Virus record (IMG/VR): IMGVR_UViG_3300042471_000228
Span: 1 to 64,000 of that record
Direction: 5' to 3' (one strand)
Length of the DNA: 64,000 bases
DNA from: a virus
Part shown: in pieces, positions 6,590-19,600 of the stretch
Numbering within the stretch: the first letter of the stretch is position 1
How the letters are laid out: the number at the start of each line of letters is the position of its first letter
Made by a program: the position numbers and the translations under genes
The notes under the pieces: model-generated
The model's input: only the letters and a program-made list of their open reading frames with translations
Told to the model about the DNA's origin: nothing
Databases searched by the model: none

Positions 6590-9500
6590 TCATTTGAAAC
6601 GATTTTGTGCACTTTCAAAGTTTTTAAGTGCGTTAACCGGATCAATGATTTTACCTGATAATCCCACAGATTTTAACAAGTAGTTAAGAGTTTTGTATTC
6701 TCCTTCTTGTTGCCACTCATATGGTCCAACTGCACGTTTGTATCGTGCACTAGGATCTTGTAACAATAACTGAGTGATTGCTTGTAAGGTTTTACCCATA
6801 TTAACAACCGTACTACTAACTGCTACAGAATCTAGCTTTAACATGTTGATATAATCATCATATCCAAACATAGGTGTCATAGCTTCAAGCTCGTTCATGG
6901 TTGTTTTACCCAGGAACAACGCTTGATTCTCTAACCAACCAGATGCATTAAACTCAAATGCAGAGTCTGCTACAAGGAATCCGGGTAATGGACCAGAATT
7001 CTCTCTGAGTTTAGCAAAACGATCTTCATCGTCATCATCGTAATCAAACAATAGACCTATTAAACCTGCACCTAATAGTATGATACCCATCTCGGTCATC
7101 ACCTTTTTAGCTGCTGCTATTTCCCTAGGAGTCATATATTTAAAGTCTGCACCTAGTGTAGTAATACCGCGTCTTAGTGTGTCAAGTGCTTGAACATAGT
7201 AACCAATAGTCATGTCATTTGCTTGTACATCCCAACGTGCTCCTGGATTTTTCCAGTTACCACGGAATCCCCATCTTGACATGAACTGACGAGTAAACCA
7301 CGTCTTCATATAAGCTACCATTCTATATAGAAGGTATCTATTTGCCATAGGTTGATCCATCTTTGAGAGTGATCCGTTCAAGTTTTTGTTAGCAGCTTGA
7401 ACTTTATTACGTACCTCTAAGAATTTCTTACCACCTACGTCCCAAGATTTGTCAATACCTTCTTTAAGAGTTAGTTGACCGTCTTTGATTTCCCAAGCGT
7501 CTATGTACGCTATCTCTCTAGATACACCATTGATAGTCTGATTAACCTTTTGGTGATTCATCATTCCACCAAATAACTGTAGTACCGAGTTTAGCTGTGT
7601 CCAAGATCTAAAGTTTGTAAACCATTGCATGTTAGCAACGTCACGTGTTAATGTGCGAGTAGCGCTTTCAGAAAACTTGCGTCCAGCATCTTTATCAAAA
7701 CGTGTTGCTTCAGGATCAAACATCTCTACTAACTGAACATTAAGTGACTTCGGTCCGAACTTATATATTTCAAATGATATCTGACTTGTTGCAAATTGTG
7801 CCCAATATGCACCTTTAGAAAGACTTGTTAGATCTAAATTATCACCACCAGCTGCAGCTATAACTGACTGGAACTGAGCGTTGAACGCGTTCTTCAATGC
7901 TGATGCTGCATCAAATGCAAAGAATGCAAACGATGACATCTTCATCAAGTTACCTGCGAGTTTGTTTGCCCATGCTAGATTTTCAGTAACACCGACTAGT
8001 TGTTTACCTTCTAGCTCCCGTTCAATCATAGCATTGATTACTTGTGACCTAACAGAACGTCCTTTACGTGTAGCAAAATTTGTAATACCTCTTGTCAAGT
8101 AGTCTTGTTTGTTAGCCGTCAACATATCTTTGATACCACCGACTTCATCATTAACTACTTTTTGGATTGCTCTTACATTAGGATTAATCTCAATAAGTTT
8201 CTTCTGACGCTCTGCTGATAACATATATCTCATCATACCCATGATGGTATCTTCAGATGTTTCTTCGATACTCAAGTCCGCTCTACCCATAATAGGGATA
8301 CCTGATACTTGAGAGTCAAACATATCAAGTGTTACATATGTTACCTGGTTTTCTGCATTATATCCTTCTTCATAATCATCCGCAGCTTTTGTAAATGATG
8401 CTTTGAAGTTTTTAATCATTGATGTTACTTTATCTTTAGCTTCACCAGATACTATTGATTCATAGTTATCTTTTCTAAATCTAGGTAAATAAACACCAAG
8501 TCTTGCATTCTTATTAAGACCTTCTTGATTCTGCTGATGATATAGATGTAAATTATTCAATAGATCAAACTGAGTTCTATTAGTTGTTTTTAATCTATAG
8601 TACTCATCATTTCTATACTTACTATCTGGTTTTGGTAACCATCTTCCTTGCTCATCGACTGTAGCTAGACTAACGTCTCCCATTTCAAGCGCTTCTTGGA
8701 ATGTAACACGTTTTGTTCTGTACTCATCTTTAAGCTGACGTCTCCAAAACTTGTTAGTTGGGACACCTGGAATTTGTTCTATTACGTTTCCTGCATCATC
8801 ATATAGATCTGTCTTCTCGTAGTACTCCTCACTATTAGGTCTTGTTACACTCCAAGCACTTGATCTCTTGTAAGATGTTTTTTCACTACCCTTGTTAGGA
8901 CCATACTCATATACAAAAGTTCTCTTTTGGTGATTTGCTGAGAACCATTTTTCAAACTCAGGACTCTCCGCAAATAGACTCTCTAGAAAAGGTATATCAT
9001 CTAATAGAGTATTTATGTTAGTACTATCAAATTCTCCTACACCCATTCTATTTCTCAAAGTACTTGGTTTGATACCAGTTCCGTCTGCTGCTGTTTTGAT
9101 AAATGAATTTACTTTAGTAATATACTGCTTAGTTGCAGTTCTACTTCTCAAAGCATTCAATTTCAAAAGTATATCAGAGACTGCTTCTTTAATTGTAGGA
9201 TCTCCTTCAGCACTTCCCATTGCATCTGTAATCTCATCATAGTATGCAGTATCGTCTGGATTAAGATCACGGAACTCATTGTAAAGTTCTGTGTACTGCT
9301 CCATGTCCATACTAAGAGGATCAAACTTTGATTCAACATACTCAGTTGCTTTTCTTGCAAACTCTTTTCTGAATTCTTCTTGTTCTTCAGTGATTCCTGT
9401 GTATGCTGCTAGTGATGCTCTTGCTGATGCAATTTTTTGATCAAGTTCTAAGATACGATCAAGTTTAGCTTCGCTCATAATCAACGCATCTGGTTGACCA

Positions 9501-12500
9501 TCTTCATCACGGAATGCACTCATTTGATCATTAAGTTCCTTAAACAATTCATCAAGATCCATTTGAGAAACCATATCTACAGGCATAGATCCTTTTAGAA
9601 CTTTTAATTGTTCAATAAGATCTTGAACGTCTTGCCAGAACTGAGGTTTAATTTTAACCTTTGTGTTGTTCTCAATCCACTCATTTCTCTTTTCATCAAA
9701 CTCTTTACCAGTGATACCTTGTACTCTAAGTTGTTCTTCATAAGATCTTAGTGATCCTTGGAACATACCTTTGATAGGAACCCACTCATAGAATTCTCTT
9801 GATGCTTCTCTGTGCTCGAGCAATCTTTTTGTAATCTCATAATCATCTGTACCCGGTTGTTTCAATGTACCATCGGGATATGAGTATGCATATAACTCAG
9901 CATATTCTTGCCAGTGTAAATCTCTCTCAGCTTGAAACTCACTGTCATACAAATCTGTTTTTTGTTTGATTGTAGCATCTAAGTTTCTAAGTTTGTTTAG
10001 AATATTCTGTCTAGCAATGTATGCTTTCTTACCAATTTCATCTTTTGTAAACAAAGCTTCTGATGCAAATACTCTAGAGTCATAATCGTTATAGAACTGT
10101 TCGTGTAATAACTTATTCAACTCTGCACGTAGTGCATCTGTTTCAGTGCTATCACCAGTCTCTACACGTTTCTTTTCTGCTTCTCGTATTTGATCTTGTA
10201 GTTTTCCGATCTCTGCTCTCCATCCTTTTAAGTGATGCAAGAACGCATGCCTTTCTCTTTCTACATAGTTACCTTCAGAATCATAGATAGGTTCTTTCTC
10301 TTTATAGGTAACCATCTTATGTAGAGCTTCGTAATCTTTTAATCCAAGTCCTGCATTTCGGAGCATTGGTTCAAGACTCATCAAAATACTATTCTGTCTT
10401 TGTTGTGCTTTAACTAGTACTTCACTAATATTATCGTTGATATATTTAGCTAAACCAAATACAACAGGATCCTGGATATTCATAAATGACTCTAACCATG
10501 CACTAATAGCATGTGTGTCACCACGTTGTCCAGATAACCACTCTCTAAGATCACCCTCATTCAAAGAAGCTTGTTTGTATTCTTCTTTATATCTATTTAG
10601 TAATCTTTCAGGTGCTCCTTTCTTCTCAAGTTCAGCAATAATCTTTTCGTAGTAGTCTTTTACTTTTGCTGTAAGAGGTTGTAGTGTTTCTTTCAACAAC
10701 GTAATCGATCCTTCAAAGCTCATCTGAACATCTAATTTCTTAGCAGTATTCAATAAGCTTTCTATGTTTCCTATTACGTCTACAACTGGACCAGTTACAA
10801 CATCCTCTCTAGTCATCTCACCTTTGATCCTTTCTATAATCTTAGACCAGTCTTCTACTAATTGATTATAATAGTAAAACTTCTTTACGTTCTCTGGACT
10901 ACTTTCTTCTTTCAACAGTTCTTTCATATGAAGCACCATCTTGGAGCTCATATACTTTATTCTATATAGAGAATTTACAAGAGCGGTTGCTCTCTGTGTT
11001 TCGTACTCTAGTCTTTGCGCAGCGTCTAGCATTCCATCCTCAAGTTCTTTTTGATACTGACTTAGGTTGCTAATAATACTTTTGTAATCAGACTCATCGT
11101 ATCCAGACTTAAGAATTTCTGCCATCTCTTTAAGATTGCGATTCTTTACAAGTCTATCTATGTGCTCTCTTGATATACGTGTTAGATCAGAGATCATTGA
11201 CTTGATTGCAATAGCTCCCGAGTCTGTGTTTCCGATATTCAAGAATGTATCTATCTCTTCTTTGACACGTCTCTCTTCCGCAATTACATCATCCTGACTT
11301 ACGGCTTCTATATCAAACGCAATTTGATCTGCGGATAATAACATCTTACTAAGATCATCTATTGTAGTATCTACATCTAGATTAGATACTTCTACTCTCT
11401 TACCAAAGTATTTTCTAAATGCTTGTTTAATTGCATATAGGATTCTACCAACTAAAGATTTGAACGCTTTGTTTTCTGTTGCCTCTAGTGCTCCTGTCAT
11501 TTTAAGTTTTGCAGCGCGAGTCAATGCTCTTACGATTGCTTCTTCTTTAAACAACGGATCTTCTTTACCATAGAGTTTCTCAGTTGTATCTAATACTTTT
11601 TGACCTTCTGCTGAAAGACTCAAGTCATTAAATAACTTCTCAAATAGTTCAGGGTTCTCTTGTTGGATTGCTCTAACAAACGGGTGACTAAATTCGTGAA
11701 TAGCTGTTTCTAGATTCAACTGTTCAGCTACTAAATATACTTTACCACCTACATAAAAACCTGCTTGATCGGTAAATGGTTTACCTGCATTCTCTAATAT
11801 TGTTCTAGCTTCATCAGCAGTTACAAACTCATATGGAACACTAAGTCTACTAGATAACTGTTGCACCATAGCTTGAACAAGACCATTTGCTTTTCTTACA
11901 TCTGTCTCTATAGGTGTGAGTTCTATCTTACTGGAATATGTACTAAGACCAGGTGTAGTCTCAATCATATCTGCGATCATATCATCTAAAGGTTGCTCTT
12001 GAGTAGTTTCAGAAGTTGAAACATCCTCCATAGCATAGTCTATAGATGATTCATAGTTAACGTGTCTAAATCCTGCATATCCAAAATTATAATTATCTTG
12101 TGATTGCATGTAGGGTATAAATGCTTTCCAATCAATGAAGTCTTTATCTCGACCCATCTTTATTTTAGCAAGCATAATTTCTTTCCATAACTTAAAATAG
12201 TTATCATGCTCTTCTTGGAAAGGAGTAAGTCGTATAAAGAAATCTACTTGATAACCTGTACCTTTTATATATTCTCCTTTTTCATGAAAAACTATTTTGG
12301 TACCTTTTTGCTTAACCGGTTTTTTAGTTACAGGATCTTTTGCGTAGTAATTATATTCTTCTTCATGTGTACCACTTGAGTCATAGAATTCTCCGTCTAT
12401 TACACCCTGTACGGTGATTGATTCAAAGTTAGTATGTTCTTTTCCATAGAAACCATTTGTCATTCTAAATGACGGAAAGTTTTCTTCAAACTGTCTAAAC

Positions 12501-13612
12501 CAAGTAAACTGAGCTACATGGTTCATTGTATTCTTTGCAACTTGTGATAGACCTTTTAGTCCAGCAACATCTTCTCTCTCTACATATGCTGGGACAATCA
12601 TATTGATCTTATCTAGTATATGCATGTTTCTAGCATTACTGCTTTCTTCATACGGTACTACAAAATCTATATCATGTAAAGTTTCTTCTGCATTTCTAAA
12701 TACAGTTCCTGCTCTTCTTAAAGCTAATGATCCTGTCAAAACTAAACCTAATGATTTAGAAACATCCACAATGCTTTTTGCTTTCTCATCAGATTCAATT
12801 GTATCTTTATAATACTTTCTAATCTGATCATCTGCTAAACCGTAATCATAATACTCATAGTTTTGAGTAAGTACTTCATCAGCAATTGCTAAACCTAAAT
12901 TCTCAAGATCCGCTCTGCGTTCTTCATTTCCAATACCAAAATTGATATTCAACCAGTTCTTTATTGCTCTTATGAATTTTTCCCAAAGAGTAAAATCTTC
13001 ACTTGTCCATTTAGTATCAAGATTCTTTTTAAAGTCTGTAGGATTCTTGTAGTAAGATAATAGATTCTCCTTTAAGAAATCTATAATAACACGATCTTTT
13101 ACATTGTCTTTTCTTTCTGCATCATTAAACTTAGCTTTACCCAATCGTTTATTAAGTATAGCTCTATGGAAAGAACTTCTTTCTTTATACTTACTCCACT
13201 TACTAACTAGATATCTTAATTCTGATTTAATTTTATTGTTCTGTTTACCTAGCATCATATATGCAAAGTATGCTACTTCAGGAAGAATAGATTCTCCTTC
13301 ATTATATACAATTCTTTTGGTAATTAAATCAGATGCTGTAAAGGCATCAATACCCAAGTCGTCTTTTATAGATTGGTATTCTTCAACACTTATATTAAAG
13401 TCTTTTAGGAAACCTTCCACTAAGATCTTTTCTAAATCCGCTATCTTACTGTTTACAACAGGTTTAGATTTTAGAAAGTTCTTTTCTGCTAAAACTACTT
13501 TAGGGTCACGAATGGTTTCTCCGTTCTCAATATAATCTCTGTAAGCTTCAAATTCACCTACAGCTTTAACTAATTTGTTCCATTCTGGTCCCCCTGGACA
13601 TGCGTTTATCAT
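6590..13612 (-). CDS. Giant ejection/polyvalent protein (2340 aa) with nucleotidyltransferase-like and zincin domains
   Basis: LTGSLAL...DIDF and GRDKD.ID motifs; HEFSH...EE; long helical remainder; adjacent to vRNAP as in crAss-like triplets. Confidence 0.75.
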   Translation of the reverse strand: MINACPGGPEWNKLVKAVGEFEAYRDYIENGETIRDPKVVLAEKNFLKSKPVVNSKIADLEKILVEGFLKDFNISVEEYQSIKDDLGIDAFTASDLITKRIVYNEGESILPEVAYFAYMMLGKQNNKIKSELRYLVSKWSKYKERSSFHRAILNKRLGKAKFNDAERKDNVKDRVIIDFLKENLLSYYKNPTDFKKNLDTKWTSEDFTLWEKFIRAIKNWLNINFGIGNEERRADLENLGLAIADEVLTQNYEYYDYGLADDQIRKYYKDTIESDEKAKSIVDVSKSLGLVLTGSLALRRAGTVFRNAEETLHDIDFVVPYEESSNARNMHILDKINMIVPAYVEREDVAGLKGLSQVAKNTMNHVAQFTWFRQFEENFPSFRMTNGFYGKEHTNFESITVQGVIDGEFYDSSGTHEEEYNYYAKDPVTKKPVKQKGTKIVFHEKGEYIKGTGYQVDFFIRLTPFQEEHDNYFKLWKEIMLAKIKMGRDKDFIDWKAFIPYMQSQDNYNFGYAGFRHVNYESSIDYAMEDVSTSETTQEQPLDDMIADMIETTPGLSTYSSKIELTPIETDVRKANGLVQAMVQQLSSRLSVPYEFVTADEARTILENAGKPFTDQAGFYVGGKVYLVAEQLNLETAIHEFSHPFVRAIQQENPELFEKLFNDLSLSAEGQKVLDTTEKLYGKEDPLFKEEAIVRALTRAAKLKMTGALEATENKAFKSLVGRILYAIKQAFRKYFGKRVEVSNLDVDTTIDDLSKMLLSADQIAFDIEAVSQDDVIAEERRVKEEIDTFLNIGNTDSGAIAIKSMISDLTRISREHIDRLVKNRNLKEMAEILKSGYDESDYKSIISNLSQYQKELEDGMLDAAQRLEYETQRATALVNSLYRIKYMSSKMVLHMKELLKEESSPENVKKFYYYNQLVEDWSKIIERIKGEMTREDVVTGPVVDVIGNIESLLNTAKKLDVQMSFEGSITLLKETLQPLTAKVKDYYEKIIAELEKKGAPERLLNRYKEEYKQASLNEGDLREWLSGQRGDTHAISAWLESFMNIQDPVVFGLAKYINDNISEVLVKAQQRQNSILMSLEPMLRNAGLGLKDYEALHKMVTYKEKEPIYDSEGNYVERERHAFLHHLKGWRAEIGKLQDQIREAEKKRVETGDSTETDALRAELNKLLHEQFYNDYDSRVFASEALFTKDEIGKKAYIARQNILNKLRNLDATIKQKTDLYDSEFQAERDLHWQEYAELYAYSYPDGTLKQPGTDDYEITKRLLEHREASREFYEWVPIKGMFQGSLRSYEEQLRVQGITGKEFDEKRNEWIENNTKVKIKPQFWQDVQDLIEQLKVLKGSMPVDMVSQMDLDELFKELNDQMSAFRDEDGQPDALIMSEAKLDRILELDQKIASARASLAAYTGITEEQEEFRKEFARKATEYVESKFDPLSMDMEQYTELYNEFRDLNPDDTAYYDEITDAMGSAEGDPTIKEAVSDILLKLNALRSRTATKQYITKVNSFIKTAADGTGIKPSTLRNRMGVGEFDSTNINTLLDDIPFLESLFAESPEFEKWFSANHQKRTFVYEYGPNKGSEKTSYKRSSAWSVTRPNSEEYYEKTDLYDDAGNVIEQIPGVPTNKFWRRQLKDEYRTKRVTFQEALEMGDVSLATVDEQGRWLPKPDSKYRNDEYYRLKTTNRTQFDLLNNLHLYHQQNQEGLNKNARLGVYLPRFRKDNYESIVSGEAKDKVTSMIKNFKASFTKAADDYEEGYNAENQVTYVTLDMFDSQVSGIPIMGRADLSIEETSEDTIMGMMRYMLSAERQKKLIEINPNVRAIQKVVNDEVGGIKDMLTANKQDYLTRGITNFATRKGRSVRSQVINAMIERELEGKQLVGVTENLAWANKLAGNLMKMSSFAFFAFDAASALKNAFNAQFQSVIAAAGGDNLDLTSLSKGAYWAQFATSQISFEIYKFGPKSLNVQLVEMFDPEATRFDKDAGRKFSESATRTLTRDVANMQWFTNFRSWTQLNSVLQLFGGMMNHQKVNQTINGVSREIAYIDAWEIKDGQLTLKEGIDKSWDVGGKKFLEVRNKVQAANKNLNGSLSKMDQPMANRYLLYRMVAYMKTWFTRQFMSRWGFRGNWKNPGARWDVQANDMTIGYYVQALDTLRRGITTLGADFKYMTPREIAAAKKVMTEMGIILLGAGLIGLLFDYDDDDEDRFAKLRENSGPLPGFLVADSAFEFNASGWLENQALFLGKTTMNELEAMTPMFGYDDYINMLKLDSVAVSSTVVNMGKTLQAITQLLLQDPSARYKRAVGPYEWQQEGEYKTLNYLLKSVGLSGKIIDPVNALKNFESAQNRFK

Positions 13613-16600
13613 TATGAAATACCTTTACATTTATTAATATAATCACTAACTTCTTTGTCTGTTTTGCGCTGGATATCTTTTGACTTATAGTATTCTTGTA
13701 TGAATTCTAATCCAGTACCCATTCCTCCAAGTTCTTCTGTATTAAAGTTCTTTGTTATCAATTCAAACTTAGGATTTCTGTATCCGAAGTTCTCAAGAAG
13801 TTGTCTAGACAAATATAAGTACAAGTCTGTATTCCTCTCAGCATTTTCTCTTAAAGAAATACTACCCATGTTATTTCTATAGAACCCTAATAACTTAGCA
13901 CCTATACCATTTGATGGAAATACAACTGTCTTACCACTTTCTTTTAAAGCAACTAGTTCTTTAATATACTGATCTATGAGATCTTTAGCTACCGCATTTC
14001 CTTTAGGATTTGGTAGAGAACCATCTTTCTTCACTACAGGTATTGCGAAACTGTTTCCAGTAGCTAATCCTGCACGGAATGCTTGTTGATCTATCTGAGT
14101 AGGTGTTGTTGGTCTATCTCCTACAATAACATTACCTTCTGAGTCTAGTTTAACAGTAGGATATACATCTTCGAATACATATACTGCTTCAGGATTAGCA
14201 TCGAACATAGCTTGTACTGTCTCAGGAGTAACTTTGTATTCTGTTTTAGTATAGATTTGTTCGTCTCTTCCTGTAAAACTCTTAGAAGTTTCAAACATGC
14301 TTTCGTTATACTGATATACAGCTTCTATCTCACCAGTGTCTTCGTTAAGAAATACACTACTAGTCTTTACTTTAGACTGAGATACTACTATAGGTATAGT
14401 ACTCTTTGCAACTGTTGGGGCAGCCGCTGCATAGTTTGTATATACAAACCTTCCACGAGTTCTATAACTTCTAATAAACTTCTCACTAAAGTCAGAAAGT
14501 TCTTTTTCAATATCAGATCCATCCGCAATCTTCTTTACATCAGATGCCATATATGCTGCAAGATCTTTGTTATCAAAGATTGACATCATATATAGATTAG
14601 ATAGTTTATTGTTTCCTGCTTGCAAATACGCTATGGTTTTCATCTTAGCAAAGAAGTTACTTATATACAAGTTCTCTTCGTCATTCTTTACTTTTTGAAC
14701 AGCAGGATTCGCTAAGTCATTCATCTGATTCTTATACGATGTAAGAATAGTTCCATCAGAATTACGATCATTTAGTTTAAAGAAGCGCATGGTTCCGCTA
14801 GATGCTACACCAATGATATCAAGAACCGGATATGATTTTGCAAGATCAGGATGTGACTCTAGAATATCAGTAAACTTAGCAGTAGCATTTATAATACCGT
14901 TTCCTACAGTATAACTAGCATCAAATAGAGCTCCGTCTATATACAAATTCTCGAGAGCTTTGTTTCTAATAAACTCTTCATAGCGAGCTGGTATATCTGT
15001 ATTTAATTGTCTCTGAGTCAAGAACTTAATAAACTCAAAATTACTTGTTATAGTCTCATAAGGTATTGCTGCGCGTAAGTATTCTCTTTCAAGAACAAAC
15101 TTATAATACATAGGTATTTGTTTGTCTTTAGATAATCTTGAGAATGTAGACTCTGGGAGTTTCGCTAGCTTTACTTGACCACCGTATCCATCTTTAGAGA
15201 ACGCACGTGACTTAAAGTCTTTTATAATCTGTGCTTTATCTACTAAGAACTCTCCTGTTTCTGGATCTAAAAATGCTCCGTACTTTAAGAAAGCTTGTTC
15301 TTTAATAGGTACTGTGTCATTAAGTTCTATAGATCTATACGTGTCTTTGCTAGAATCAAATGTATATAACTTATTTTGGAACAAGTATAATATGAAGTCG
15401 TCATTGAATTCTTTAGCAAAGTCTTCTATCTCCTCTGGATCTAAAGACTGATCTGATATAACAGCATCTAATGTATTATTTAATTGAGTGTTTGCTCTTA
15501 CTGGAAGTGCTGTTGCAATAGCTGCTCTTAGCAAGTCAGTAGTTCTGAAACTCTTTAGTACTGTTTTATCAAGAAGTCTTTCGATAACATCTTTTGAAAA
15601 CGCACCGTCTAAAATTTTATACAAACCTCTTTCTTGTTTCTGTGCATCAAAGTAACTAGTGTTCTTTAATGTATCAAAACGAATTGCCATCTTCAACTCA
15701 GTAAGTTTGCTCGCCATATAGATTATCTCTACAAAGTGCGCAAACTGTTGTTCGTTAAAAGCTGCATTAGATTTCTTTAGATTTTCTTTTAGATTCTCAA
15801 ATGTAAATATTGGTTCTCTATCAACATCTTGTTCAAAATCTAAGAAGCTATTTCTTAGATTAACCAACATCTGAGGAGTATTGATAAACGTATTAGGATC
15901 TCCTTCTTTGTTTACAGGAAACACACCGGGCATTTCTTTATCTAAGATAACTTGTATGATAGCTTGTCTCTTCGCAAAGTTTGTATTAGATAATTCTATC
16001 TCAGGATTCAATACAGAATAAGGACTAGAGTATTCTCTGAAGTATCTCAAATACTCTCTTACGTATGGTTGTGCTAACATCAATGCTGCTACTTTTACAG
16101 GAACACCTGCGAGCATCATAAATTCAAACTCTGGTTCTAATTGCTTAATAGCATTGATAGAATACACCCAGTCTTTCTTAGCAACGTCCAAGTATCCGTT
16201 CATCAATTCTGATACAACGTCTCTTACGTACTTATCAAGATCCGCATCTTTGAAGCTAGAGAAATCTATTTCTTTTTGACCATTAATTATTTTAGAGTTA
16301 TGTGGTACTAATAGTTCTTGAGTTAGAGTATACGTAACTGGTTTTCTCTTTACAAGTTTAGTCTCTTCTCTTACAGGACTCATTGTGGTTCCTGAAAGTG
16401 TAGCTAAAGCATGGAAAGTATTACCAGTTGCTAACATACCAACACCTTGCTTACCATTATTAAGTGCAGAAGCTTTGACAATGTTATAACGGTTTTCGAA
16501 GATCTTAGTTGGAGACATCTTCTTACCATTTAACGGATTAGTCTTAGTAGACTTACTATTGTATTCTCTGTTATATGGATCTAAAGCATCAACAATACTC

Positions 16601-19600
16601 TTATCATCAATTACTGGATCTTCTGTATAGATATTAGTACCATTAGGTCTAACAAGGTTGATATAGTTATCAGGTCTGCTGAGAATGTTTTTCATAGAAT
16701 CCATTACATCCTGTTGGAATGCTTTAGGATTGTATGAGTTTTGCTCTCTGTTTAACTCTCTAAGTTTTTGTTTGAGCGGTGCTATCTCGTTTATATACTG
16801 ATCAAACTCACCTTTTCTAGTCTCGAGTATGTCTTTCTCTAGTTGATCATATATTTCATCAATTTGTTCTTTAGCACTATTAATACGACTATAATACTTC
16901 TCACTAGCTCCACCTACATAATAGTTGTTAGTCCATTGAGACAAGAAATCTTTATAAGCATCTACCTGTTCTTGTTCAAGTTTTGTAATCTCTTCTTGAA
17001 ACTCGGGCTTCAGATACTGTTTGATATACTTCTTACGTAATTCCTTAATCTCTTTTAAGGTCTCTGCTTTCTGCTCAAGAATTGTGTTAAGAAGTTTTTT
17101 AGTTGCTTTTGGTTTCTCAATCTCAATAACACCTTCGTTATCTACGATACCGGGAACCATTGTAATTAACTTATCGATATCAAAGTCACCACCTGATTTA
17201 GCTACAATCTCTAAAGGTAGGATCATAATATTACCTGCTATCTCTGGTAAGAACTCAAACACTTCCATGAACTCCATAGAGTTAGGACCTTGAGTTGGGA
17301 TACGTGCTCCTATAAGAGTAACCATCTTACGATGATCTCCTTTATCTAACCACGTATCTTCTTTAAGCATTGCGTTCAAGCGATCAAGTGTTCCGATAGC
17401 TTTTCCGTCTAAGTGTTCTAGTTTCAAAAGATTCTTAAACTTACCGTGCAAGCTTATCTTAATCTTCATTGCAGAAGCGCTCTTTTTATCACCATTAAAT
17501 TTATAGAATGGTAATCCATCAGAACCGTATTTGATCAAATCATCTACAGTAGGTTTAGAGAACTTCTCAAATCCTACACCTGAACCTTGAATATATTGCT
17601 CTCCGTATACAGGTTGTTCATTAATTCTTTTGTTTACAATAGAACTAATAATCTTTTCAATCTTACCGGGATCAGATGACAGATCCAATGGATATACAAA
17701 TTTACCATCATCACCTATAGTAATGAAATCTATATCTTGTTCTGCTAGATCTTGTGCTGTTAAACTATTTTGAATATACTCAACAAACTTCTGTAGATTA
17801 ATAGAAGGTTCTCCTTTACGTCTTGATTTAGGATCGTTGTAACCAAGTTCCATTTTCAATTCGTTCTCGGCAACTTTCTGCATCTTATCTATATTAGATA
17901 AATAAGATTTTACCAACGGACTGTCTTCAGTCAAACCAATAGTAATCAGTTTACGAATCTGTGTTGGGAATTTGATTTTCTCCTTAAACTTATCCTTTGT
18001 AACCAACTGTTCTTTAAGATAGTTTACGAAAATAAAATTCTTTGTAAAGTTAAACTCATCACTTTCCCATTTAGGAGAAAGATCATCTGTATAGAATCCG
18101 TCAAGTTCTTTCTCAGAACCTAGAGATGCTACTTTAGAACCAGAGTGAGTTACCGCATATGCTAATCCTTGAGATATAAGTTTATTATGTAATGACTCTA
18201 AACGTGTTTGTTTAATCACACTAGGAATAAGTGGAATCAAAGAGTATTTATGAAACGCATTAGCTGCAAAGTTCTGTAATCTAATTGGTCCAGAGTACTG
18301 TAGTTTCTTTACAGGCATAAATGCTTTTAGTGCTACAGCATCATCCACTTGTTCTCCATTAAGAATCTTATTGTATAGTTCTTCTTTATATGGTGACCAG
18401 TTATTAAAACGTAACTCAAGTGCTCTATACGCATCGAATGTAATCCATGATTGTGCATCTGCAACTTTCATGTTCTTATACTCATTGAAATCACTCTCAG
18501 CTAAACCTGCTTTCTTAGCAGCTGCAATCATCTCATTTAAGTATACAGATGTTACTCTAGGATCTTCTACTACAGCAACTGGTATAATAGTAGATTGACT
18601 TGCCATTGTATTTGTTGGCTCAGGATATCCTGAATTCTTAAACCATGGTGACTCGTGATATCTACCTTTGTTTTTTTCAATGAAAGTATTCATTGATCTA
18701 TCTGTTCTACCAATTCTACCAGTAGCAAAGAAACCGGGAATACGCTTCATGTGTTCTTCTTTGTCGTGGAAGAACAAAGCAGGATCTCCGTAAGTTAAAG
18801 TACCTAACTCAATCCTGTGTATAAAACTGTTGTATGTAAATGCTTCGGATGTTACTTTCAATAATGTATCATTATTTGAGTTTGTCATACCAAGTCTACT
18901 CTTTACAACATCAAAGAAACCAGTAGCTTTAGTAACACCATAGTTTTTTAACTGAGTATAATCTTCTAAAGCTAACTTATCAAAGTAGTCATTCAGATCT
19001 TTAATAATTCTTTCTTGTAGTTCAGGTCTCTCAACTAATAAAGCTTGAAACTCTTCTACAGTATTTACGTCAAGTCCTTTTAAGGTTTCTTTTAGATCAT
19101 TTTTAAGGATGTCATCAAATATTACAAACTCAGAACCCGCGCTTTGATATGTTATCTGCTTACCAGGAGAACCCCCGGTAAGAATAATGTCACTAGCATT
19201 TTCTCCAACAGCATTCTTTGTATTTACTTTCTTGATTCTCTCAAGTTCTGATGCTACGTATCCAAGTAAGATTTTATTAGCTTGTTCTCTTCCTGCGTTT
19301 CCTGAGAAATTTTTAGGATTAACATAGTAAAGAGTCTTACCTGCAACAGCTCTAACAATATACGCAGATGTTTTATCAGCATGTCTAAATGCTTCTGATG
19401 CACCGTGTAATATATTTAACATGTAATCTCTAAGATATGCAGTCTGCTCATCGGATGCAGATGACTTCATACCTTTTATGATACCAACTATTTCGTTATC
19501 GATAACATCAACAGCTTGTGTTCCTAATAGAGACTCTACTGACAATTCTATTTTCTGACCATCTGCTGTATTTTTATATCCTAAGTTATTACCAAATAAT

